DNA of 64,000 nt from the human T2T-CHM13v2.0 reference genome, Homo sapiens. Of this stretch, positions 50,177 through 64,000 are shown piece after piece. The DNA lies in the NCBI RefSeq assembly GCF_009914755.1, contig NC_060930.1; one strand, 5' to 3'. Position numbers and translations under genes: made by a program. A model generated the notes under the pieces. The model saw only the letters and a program-made list of their open reading frames with translations. It had not been told where the DNA came from and made no database searches. Every line of letters starts with the position of its first letter. Positions within the stretch are counted from its first letter, which is position 1.

Positions 50177-51493
50177 TGATCTGCCTGCCTCGGCCTCCCA
50201 AAGTGCTGGGATTACAGTCGTGAGCCACCACGCCTGGCCTCAAGTGATTTCTTGTAGTTCATTAACATCCTTTTCTTTCAAACTGAAGAACTCCCTTTAG
50301 CATTTCTTGTAGGAAAGATTTGGTATTGATGAAATCCCTCAGATTTTGCTTTTCTGGGAAAGTCCTTATTTCTCCTTCATGTTTAAAGGATGTTTTCATT
50401 GTTAAGGTTAAAAGTTTTCTTTTTTCCTTCAGCACTTTAAATATGTCATGCCACTGTCTCTTGGCCTATTAGATTTCCACTGAAAAGTCTGCTGCCAGAT
50501 GTATTGGAGCTCCTTCGTATGTTATCTTTCTTTTCTCTTGCTGCTTCTCTATCCCTGACCTTTGAGAGTTTGATTATTAAATGTCTCAAGGTAGCCTTAT
50601 TTAGGTTAAATCTCCTTGGTGTTCTGTAACCTTCTTGTACTTGAATATTGATATTTTTCTCTAAGCTTGGGAAGTTCTCTGTTATCCCTTTGAGTAAACT
50701 TTCCCTACTCTGATTTCTCTCTCTACCTCCTCTTTAAGGCCAATAACTCTTAGATTTGCCCTTCTGAGGTTACTTTTTGGATCTTGTAGGTATGCTTCAT
50801 CCTTTTTTATTTTTTCTTTTGTGTCCTCTGAGTGTGTATTTTCAAATAGCCTGTCTTCAAGCTCACTAATTCTTTCTTCTGCTTCATCAATTCTGCTGCT
50901 AAGAGACTCTGATGCATTCTTCAGTATGTTAATTGCATTTTTCAGCTGTAAATTCTTAATGTACAGCTTCTTAATTATTCCAATCTCTTTGTGAAACTTA
51001 TCTGATAGGATTCTGAATTCCTTCTCTGTATTATGTTGAATTTCATTGAGCTTTCTCAAAACAGCTATTTTGAATTATCTGTCTTAAAGGTCACATATCT
51101 CTTGTCTCTCTGAAATTGGTCACTGGTGCCTTATTTAGTTCTTTTTCTGAGGTCATGTTTTCCTGGATGGTCTTGTTGCTTGTGAATGTTCATAGGTGTT
51201 TGGGCATTGAAGAGTTAGGTATTTATTGTAGTCTTTGCACCCTGGGCTTGTTTGTAGCTGTCCTTCTTGAGTAGGCTTTCCAAGTATTCAAAGAGACTTG
51301 GGTGTTGTGATCTAAGTCTTTGGTCACTGCAGCCATCTGAATTACAGGGTACCCCAAGCTCAGTGACATTGCAGCTCTTGCAGACTCATAAAGATATCAC
51401 TTTGGTAATGTTGGGTGAGATCCGGGAGAATTCCCTGAATTACCAGGCAGAGACTATTGTTCTCTGCCTTTACTTTCCTTCAGCCAAATGGAG

Positions 51494-51534
51494 TCTCTCT
51501 CTCTCTCTGTCTCTGTCTCTCTCTCTCTCTCTGT

Positions 51535-51589
<55 letters not shown>
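51494..51589. repeat. Compound (TC)n(TG)n microsatellite
   Basis: Read directly. Confidence 0.95.
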
Positions 51590-51592
<3 letters not shown>

Positions 51593-53112
51593 AGCTGCCT
51601 GGAGCTGTGGGAGGGGTGGGCACAAACATCCCTATGGCCACCACCACTGGAACTGTGCTGGGTCGAACCTGAAGCCAGCACAGCACTAGTTCTCACCCAA
51701 GGCCTGCAGTGACCACTGCCTAGCTACCATTTATGTTCACTCAAGGCCCAAGGGCTGTACAGTCAGCAGGTGGTGAATCTAGCCAGGCCTGTGTCCTTCC
51801 CTTCCGGGCAGCAAGTTCCCTTGGCCCTGGACAGGTCCAGAGACGCCATCCAGGATCCAGGTCCCGAAGTTGGGAAACTTGGGAATCTACCTGGGGCTCT
51901 ATTTTACTGCAGCTGGCATCCAAGCCACAGAGAGTCCTTCCCAGTCTTCCCTCCCCTTTCCTCAAGCAAAGGAGTCTCTGTATGGCCACCACCACACCCA
52001 GGCCCACTGTGAGGTATTATCCACTGCTAATATTCACTCAAGGCCCAAGTGCTCTTCAGTCAGCTTGTGGTGAATGCTGCCAAGCATAGGTCTCCCCCTT
52101 CAGAGCAGTGGGCACCCCTCTGGCCCAGGGCAGGTCCAGAAATGCCATTCAGGAGGCAAGGCCTCAAATCAAGGACCCCAGAAGCCTGCTTGGTGTTTTA
52201 CTCTACTATGGTTGAGCTGGTACCCAAGCTGCAAGACCAAGTCCCCTTTACTATTCCCTCTCCTTTCCTCAAGCAGGAGTCTCTTTCCATAGCCACCATA
52301 GCTGAGAATGTGCTGGGTCATAACTGAAGCCAGCATAGCTCTGAGTCTCACCCAAGGCCTGTGACAAGTACTGCTTGGTAACCACTGCTGATTATTCAGG
52401 GCCCAAGGCTCTTTAGGCAGCAGGAGATGAATTCTGCCAGGACTGAATGCTTTCCTACAAGACAGCGGGTTCCTTTCTGGCCCAGGGTGTCTCTTGAAAT
52501 GTCATCTGGGAGCTAGGTCCTGGAATGAGGACCTTGGGATTTTGCCTGAAGCCCTGTTCTACTGTGGCTGAGCTGGTATCCAAGTTGCAGAACAAAGTGC
52601 ACTTTATTGTCCCCTCTCCTCTCCTCAAGCAGAAGAAAGGGGTCTCTCCAGGCGCTGCAAGCTATGCTGCCTAGGGTTGGGAGAGTAGTGACACAAGCAC
52701 TCCCTTGACCACCCCAGCTGGTGTCTCACTAAGTTGCATGCCCCCCAAGTCCACTGGCTCAGAGCCCAGCACAGCACCAGCACTTGCCTGGGAATGGCAT
52801 CCTTGTGGTCTAGACTCCCTTTCAAGTTTATTTAGGATCCGAATCCTTTAGCCCACAGTGGCAGGGCTTGCCAGAATTCAGGTTATAACCGCTGGGACTG
52901 ACGATTCACTTCTGGCCAGGGCTCCTCTAGATGCTGCCTCTGTGGACACTGGCTGAGTTTTGCCCATGTTCCTTTCCACTGTGACAGGACAGCACTGAGT
53001 TCCAATGCAGAGTGCCATAAAATCATTGCCCTCTCCCGCCCTCAAGTGCACTGATTATCTGTGCCATGTGGCCACTGCTGGGGGATGGGGGAGTGGTGGT
53101 CTTGGCAATTCA

Positions 53113-53400
<288 letters not shown>

Positions 53401-53542
53401 CTACTTTAAGTCTTCCTAAAACAATCACACTGTATTTGGGCTAGAAGAGACCTTACTTCAATTACCTCATATTGCAAAATAAAAGAATCCTATTTTATGA
53501 CTTATTTTAAAGAAAGGGTGATAGCCTTGCTGATGATTAAAA

Positions 53543-53760
53543 GCAGGAGGTCAGCAAGCTATTCCTTGCAAGCTAAATGTGGTCTGCCGTCTATTTTTGA
53601 AAATAAAATTTACTGGAACACAGCCATGCTCATTCATTTATGTATTGTCTATAGCTGCTTGTACATTTTGACAGCAAAGCTGAGTTGTGATAGAGAATAT
53701 GGCCTGCAAGCTTAAAATATTTACTATTTAGCCCTTTACAGAAATCATTTGCTGACTCCT
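53543..53760. mobile_element. MER58A-like hAT MITE
   Basis: TIRs ggtcagcaa...ttgctgact; ggaacacagccatgctcattc. Confidence 0.8.
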
Positions 53761-54417
53761 ACTTTAAAGTATTGGATAGTAAATTTCCTTTAAATATCCT
53801 TGTGTTTTCTGATTTGTTTTTATCTTTTTACTGAGGCATGCATAAAGGCATAAACACCACTGATCTTTAGTGTACTGTTTGATAAATTATTATGTATAAA
53901 AACCCCCTTGCATGCATTACTCAGGTAAATATAGTCTATTTCAAGTATTCTAGAAGGTTGTCTTGTGCCCATCCTAGTCAACCCTTCATCGATAGGTAAC
54001 CACCACTCTAACTGCTATGACTAACAATTAAATTTGTCTGTTCTTGAACTTCATATAAATGGAATAATACAACACATGCTCTTTTTTTGTGCTAGCTTCT
54101 TTTACCCAATATAATGTCTGTTATTTTATTTCTGTGTAGCATTCCACTGTATGAAAATACCACAAGATATTTATCCATTCTTCCTTTAATGGATATTTGG
54201 ATTATTTCTGTGTTTGGGACATGAACATTTTTTGTTTGTTTTTTGTTGAAACAGGGTCTCACTCTGTCACCAAGGCTGGAGGGCAGTGGCGCAATCATGG
54301 TTCACTGCAGCCTCAGCTGCGTGGGCTGAAGTGATTGTCCCACCTCAGCCTCCAGCATACCTGGACCACAGGTGCCCAACACCATGCCGGGCAAATTTTT
54401 TTTCTTTTTTCCTTTGA

Positions 54418-54702
<285 letters not shown>

Positions 54703-55259
54703 TAATTTTGTAATTATGTGTAGAGATGAGGTCTCACTATATTGCTGAGGCTGGTCTCAAACACCTGGGTTCAAGTGATTCTTCCACCTTAACCTCCCAA
54801 AGTGCTGGGATTACAGGCATAAGCCACTGTGCCTGGCCAACATTCTTGTATGTGCCTTTTGGTGGATATATACACTTATTTCTTTTCAGTATATAACTAG
54901 GGGTAAGGTTGCTGGACATATTAGCTTAGTAAGTAGCCACAGCTTTCCATAGCAGTTGTATAAATGTACATGACCACCAAATGTGTGAGAATTTCAAATA
55001 TTCCACATCTGTGCCAACACTTGCTTTTGTTACTCTTTTAATTTTAGCCATTCTTGTGGGTCTACAAGTGGTATCTCGATGTGGTTTTATTTTGTATTTC
55101 CCTAATACATACATTTTCATATGGTTAATGGCAATTTGCATAGCCTATTTTTTGAGGTGCCTGTTCAAGTCTTTGCCTCATTTTTTTAATAGGAAAAAAT
55201 AAATACTTCATCAGATATATGTATTATGAATATCTTCTTCCAGTATTTGGTTTATTTAA

Positions 55260-55577
<318 letters not shown>

Positions 55578-56503
55578 TAGTATTTTTGTGTGCCCTATGT
55601 AAGAAATCTTTGCCTACTTCAAGGTCATAAAGATATCCTCCTATGTTTTCTCTGCACATTTAGGTTTGTAACGTATGACACATTGTTTTCTACATATGGC
55701 TTGAAATAGAGGTCAAGGTTCATTTTGTTTCTCCATGTGAACATGAACATACAATTGCCCCTGCACCATTTACTAGTGGAAAAAATAAACCCACTATCCT
55801 TTGCCACAAAATTGCAGTGGTGTCTTAGTTATAAATCAAGTAACTCTCTAAGTGTGAGTCTATTTCTGACTCTCTTTTCTGTTCACTTGGTATAATTTGT
55901 CTAATCTTATATCAATACCACTCTGTGTTAATTACTATAGCTCTTGAACTCCGGCAGTGTAATAAATTCTCCATCATTGTTTTTCTTCTTCAGGATTCTT
56001 TTGACTATTTTAGGTCCTCTGCATTTCTACTTAATTTTATCATCAGCTTGGTTATTTCTACAAAGCAAAACAAAAAACCTAGAATTTTGTTTGGGATTGC
56101 ATTGAATCTATACATGAGTCTCAGAGGCATAAACGTGTTTACAAAATGGAGTTTCCCAACCTAAAAACACAGTATACCTCTTAATTCAGGTTTTTTGTTT
56201 TGTTTTGTTTTGTTTTTAGACGGAGTCTCTCTCTCTGTCACTCAGGCTGGAGTGCAGTGGTGTGATCTCGGCTCACTGCAACCTCCGCCTCCCAGATTCA
56301 AGCAATCCTCCTGCCTCAGTTTCCTGAGTAGCTGAGATTACAGGTGCCCACCACCACACCCGGCTAATTTTTGGATTTTTAGTAGAGAAGGGGTTTTGCC
56401 ATGTTTGCCAGACTGGTCTAAAACTCCTGATCTCAGGTGATCCACCCACCTCGGCCTCCCAAAGTGCTGGGAATACAGGTGTGAGCCACCATTCCCCGCC
56501 TAA

Positions 56504-56752
<249 letters not shown>

Positions 56753-57475
56753 TGAACTCCTGACCTCAGGTGATCCACCTCCCCACCCTCAGCCTTCCAA
56801 AGTGCTGGGATTATAAGTGTGAACACGGTGCCTGGCTAATTTAGGTATTTTTAATGTCTCAGAAAAGTTCTGTAGTTTTCAGGACACAGGCCTTTTATTT
56901 CTTTTATTAGATATATTTATATGTATTTTATGATTTTGGGTGCTATTGTAAATTTTTTTTGTACAGTTTGGTTTGTTGTTAGTACTTGGACATTCAATTG
57001 ATTTTGCATCCTTAATATGTTGAACTCACTTATTAATGTTAATAGTTTATAGATTTTTTGGATTTTCTATATACAAAAGCATGTCATTTAATAAAAGCAA
57101 TGTTATTTCTTTTTTCTAATCTTTATATATTTTATTCCTTTCTTCACCCCTATTATATTGGGTAGGGCCTCTGGTACCATAACTGAATAAAACTGGTAAG
57201 AGTGGACAGTGTTGCATTATTTCCCACTTCAACCAAAAAGTATTCAAAATCCCACTATATATATAATTTTAGGATTATGAGATTGAGAAAGTTCCCTTCT
57301 GCCCCTAGTTTGCTAAAAGTTTTTATCCTAAGTGGATGTGAATTTTATCAAATGCTTTCTATGAAGCTATCAAAATGATAATAAGATTTTTCTCCCGTAT
57401 TCTGTTAATGTGGTGTTATACTAATTATTTTTAAGTGTAAACTAATCTTGCATTCATGGAGTAAACCCTACTTAG

Positions 57476-57947
<472 letters not shown>

Positions 57948-59356
57948 TGAGTAGCTGGGATTACAAGCGCCCACGACCATGCCCAGCTAATTTTGTATTT
58001 TTAGTACAGATGAGGTTTCACCATGTTGGCCAGGCTGGTCTCGAACTCCTGACCTAAAATGATCCGCCCCCCTCGGTCTTCCAAAGTGCTGGGATTACAG
58101 GTGTGAGCCACCGCGTCTGGCCATAACTTTCTATATTACTGGATTTGATGTATTAATATTTTGTTGAAAATTTTTGCCTCTGCGTTCATGAGGAATTTTG
58201 GAGTGTAATTTTCTCTTCTTATAATTTCCTTGTCAGATTTGGTATCAAAGTTCTGCGGCATCATAAAATAAATTGTAAAGCATCTTTTCTTTCTCTGGTT
58301 TTTGAAAATTTTATTGTAAAATTGGTGTCATTTTTTCCCTTAAATTTGTGGAAAATTCACAAGTGAAGTCATCTGAGACTTGTGTTTCCTTGGAGAGAGA
58401 GTTTTTACATTATAGATTTAATTACTTTAATAGATATAGAATCATTCCGATTTTCTTCCTTTTTGTACTAATTTTTGTAAGTTGTGTTTTGCAAGGAGTT
58501 TTCCCACTTTCTTCAAGTTGTTAATTGATTGGCATACAGCTATTTATTATATTTTTTCATCTTTTTAATATCAGTGTAATCTGTATGTATGCACGTTTTC
58601 CATTCATGATATTGGTAATTTGTGCTTTTTTTTTTTCTCTTGATCAGTCTTGCTAGGGGTAGTGATCACTTCCAAGAGCAAACTTTTATTTTCAGTACAT
58701 CTGCTTTCTATTTCATTGATTTCTGCATTTTTCTTTATAGTCATTCTTCCTTATACTTTCCTTGGGTTTAATTTACTCTTTCTAGTTTCTTCAGTTGGAA
58801 TCCAAGACATCTTTGATTTTATTTTCTAACACATGCATTTGAAGTTGTAAATTTTCCTGTGAGAGGCCAGGTGCAGTGGATCACGCCTGTCACCCTACCA
58901 CTTTGGGAGGCCAGGGTGGGCGGATCACCTGAGGTTGGGAGTTCGAGACCAGCCTGACCAATATGAAGAAACCCCGTCTCTACTAAAAATACAAAATTAG
59001 CCGGACGTGGTGGTGCATGCCTGCACTCCCAGCTACTCGGGAGGCTGAGGCGGGAGAATCGTTTGAACCCAGGAGGCAGAGGGTGGTGAGCCAAGATCAT
59101 GCCATTGCACTCCAGTCTGGGCAACAAGAGGGAAACTTTGTCTCAAAAAAAAAAAAAAAAAAAAAGTCCTGTAAGTGCATCCATTTTGATATGTTGTATT
59201 GTCATTTTCAATATGTTCAAAATAATTACTAGCTTCTAATGTGATTTCTTCTTTCAAGTGTTGGTTATTTAAAAGTACATTGCTGAACCAGGCGCGGTAG
59301 CTCACGCCTGTAATCCCAGCACTTTAGGAGGCCGAGGCGGGCGGATCACGAGGTCA

Positions 59357-59836
<480 letters not shown>

Positions 59837-60383
59837 CTACTGCACTCCAGCCTGGGTGACAGAGTGAAACTCTGTCTCAAAAAAAAAAAAAGTATGTTGC
59901 TGGCTGGGAGTGGTGGCGTGCTCCTGTAGTATCACCTACTTGGGAGGCTGAGGCAGGAGGACGGCTTGAGCCCAGGAGTTCAAGGCTGCAGTGAGCTGAT
60001 TTCACCTGTGAATAGCCATTGCACTCCAGCCTAACACAGTAATGCTCCATCTCTAAAATTAAATAAATAAACAACAAAAAAATGTAAAGTATGTGGCTTA
60101 CTTTTCAAACATTTTGGGATATTCTGATTACCTTTTCATTGTTAATTTTCAGTTTAATCCCACTGTCACTAGAGATACACTCTGTGAAATACCAGTCTTT
60201 TGAAATTTACTGAAATTTGATTTACGACATAAAATTTAATCTCTTTTGATAAGGATTTAAGGACTGTATCTGCAGTGTTTGGTACATTGCTGTATCCAAG
60301 TTAATTACGTCAAGTTCATTGACAGTGTTGTTCAAATCTTCTATATCCTTACCGATGCTTTATTGTTTTGATCTGTTTGTTAC

Positions 60384-60748
60384 TATGTCAATCCATTTGT
60401 GATGCTGAAATAAAATACCTTAGACTGGGTGATTTATAGACAACAGAAGTTTATTTCCACAGTTCTGGAAGCTAGGAAGTTCAATATCAAGGCACCAACA
60501 GATTCAATGTGTGACGAAGGCTCACCCTGCTTCATAGATAGTGCTTCTTGTTGCATCCTCACATGGCAGAAGGGGAAGAAAGGGCAAACAGACCCTCTCA
60601 AACCCTTTCACAAGGACACTAATCGCATTCATGTAGGCAGAACTTCCATCGTCCAGTCAACCCCCAAAGGCTCCACTTCCCAACACCATCACATTGCAAA
60701 TTAAGTTTCAACATATGAATTTTAGGGAGAAAAATTCAGACCACGACA
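60384..60748 (-). mobile_element. MST/MLT1A-type MaLR LTR
   Basis: agactgggtgatttat...cacagttctggaagctaggaag...ttcagaccacgaca. Confidence 0.8.
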
Positions 60749-61537
60749 GATATTCAGTAGTGTTACAGTCTTCCACTTTAATTTATAGTTGTTTATTTCT
60801 CTTTCTAGTTCTGTCATTTGTCCACTATAGTTTAAAGCTATGTTATTAGGTGCACACAAATTTTTTATTATCTTCCTCTTGACCCTTTATTTAACTGTTT
60901 CTTTACCTCTAGAAATATTTCTTATCTTAAAGTCACTATAATTATAATATAGACAAATCAGCTTCCTTTTGGTGTTTATATAGGATACGTTTACCTATTT
61001 ATTTTTATTTATTTTTTTTTTTTTTGAGACAGGGTCTTGCTCTGTCACCCAGACTGGAGTGCAGTGGCACAAATCTCAGCTCACGGCAACCTCTGCCTCC
61101 CAGGCTCAAGCCATCCTCCCACCTCAGCCTCCCGAGCAGCTGGGACTATAGGCTCACGCCACCAAACCTGGCTAATTTTTGTACTTTTTGTAGAGACAGG
61201 GTTTCATCATGTTGCCCAAGCTGGTCTCAAACTCCTGAGCTCAAGTGACTGCCCACCTCAGCCTTACAAAGTGCAACCTATTTATTTTTAACTAGTCTGT
61301 ATTCTTATATTTAAAATGTGACCTGTAAACAGCATATAGTTGAGGCTTTCTAAAAGCCAATTTGGCAATCTTAGCCTTTTAATAGGAGTGTTTAGTCCAT
61401 TCATATTTAATGTAGTTACTGATTTGGTTTGCTTATAAGTCTATAATCTTGCTATTTGCTTTTTATTTGTCCTGCCTATGCTTTGTTCATTTATTCTGTC
61501 TTCCTTGCCTACTTCTAAATTAATCAAATATTTTTAA

Positions 61538-61907
<370 letters not shown>

Positions 61908-63272
61908 TAATTTTTTTTTCAAAAAGACAGTGTCTCACTATGTTGCTTAGGCTGGTCTCAAATTCCTGGGCTCAAGCAACCCTCCTGCCTTGCCCTCCCA
62001 AAGTGCTGGGATTGCAGGTGTGAGCCACCATGCCCAGCCAGTTATATCTTTTTGTATTGTTCTTTTAGTGATTTAATCGCTACCCTAAAAATGTGCAAAT
62101 GCATACTTGACTTAGTATTGTCTATTTCCCAAACACTACAAGAAACTTACAGCAGTTTAACTCCATTCACATCCCTGCCATTCTTTGTGCTATTGTTGCC
62201 ATGTATTTTCCTTCTATGCATAAACCCCATAAGACACAGTTACCATGGTTGATTGAAACAGTCAGTATCTTTTTATATTTACCCAGGTGTTTATCCCTTC
62301 TTATGCTTTTCATTCCTTCCTGTACTTCTGTGCTTCTATTTAATATTATTTTCCTCTAGCCTGAAGAATTTCCTTCAATGTTTCTTAGAGTATGTGTCTG
62401 CTAGAAACAAAATCTCTTAACTGTAATTTGCTTAATTTTTTTTAACCTTTTTTTTTTTTTTTTTTTTTTTTTTTGAAACAGAGTCCTGCTCTGTCCCCTA
62501 GGCAGGAGTGCAATGGCACCATCTCCGCTCACTGTAACCTCTGCCTCCCAGGTTCAAGACATTCTCTTTCCTTGGCCTCCTGAGTAGCTGGGATTACAGG
62601 CACATGTCACCATACCCAGTTAATTTTTTGTATTTTTAGTAGAGACGGGGTTTCATCATGTTGGCCAGACTAGTCTCAAACTCCTGACCTCAGGTGATCT
62701 GCCCACCTCAGCCTCCCAAAGTGCTGGGATTATAGGCGTGAGACACCGCACCCAGCCTTAACCTTCATTTTGAAGGATATTTTTAATTATTAGAATTCTA
62801 GAATCAGCATTTCATTTTGTTTAGCTTTCCAATCTTTAAAAGCATCAGTATATTGTCTTTTGATCTCCATAGTTTCTGTTAAAAAGTTAGTCTTAAGTCT
62901 TATGTTTTCTTTTAGTGTAATCTGTCATCCCCTCCTTTGACAGCTTTAAAGATTTTCTCTTTGATGTTGGTTTTCAAACACAGGTTTTTTTGTTTGTTTG
63001 TTTGCTCGTTTTTAAGCTACTTGGGGCTTACTAAGATTCTTGGACCTATAGGTTGATATGTATCATCAATTGTGTAAAATTCTCAGTAAGCATCTCATCA
63101 TGTTGCTTCTGATCCATTATCTGTTTTCTCTTTATAGAACTTCAGTAACACAATGTTAAACGATATATCTACATTCCACATACCTTTTCCACTCTTTTAT
63201 TTTCTCCATTTTCTCCCTGTATTTAATTTGAATATTTTCGATTGACTTGTCTTTAGATTTCCTAATCCTGTC

Positions 63273-63920
<648 letters not shown>

Positions 63921-64000
63921 CTGACTTTTGCTTTTTTTAGTTTTATGTAAAATCCATTCAATGAGCTCTTACTTTAAGATAGTGTATGGCTGGGCAGTGG

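Overview
Primate genomic DNA, probably human or another ape (AluJ/S/Y, L1PA/L1MA/L1ME, LTR12C). I see no supportable protein-coding exon, RNA gene, CRISPR array or processed pseudogene; the ORF track is almost all Alu, L1, LTR or microsatellite noise. Layout: (i) about 2-8.4 kb is repeat-poor, with a CpG-enriched, E-box-rich promoter-like core at about 5.4-6.6 kb and candidate splice sites on both strands (host gene not identified); (ii) 8-24 kb is Alu/MIR-interspersed unique DNA containing a ~440-bp Alu+MIR segment duplicated 7 kb away and a tight cluster of POU octamers; (iii) 24.8-35.5 kb holds four co-oriented ERV1 solo LTRs, including an LTR12C with an expanded NF-Y repeat array and non-matching flanks; (iv) 43.7-64 kb is two long antisense L1s packed with Alus. 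The most notable observations are the Alu+MIR duplication with an exon-like cassette intact in only one copy, the recombination/deletion signature around the LTR12C, the octamer cluster, and repeated reuse of the same target sites by retrotransposons. Repeat subfamily names come from recalled consensus sequences, and many boundaries are approximate.
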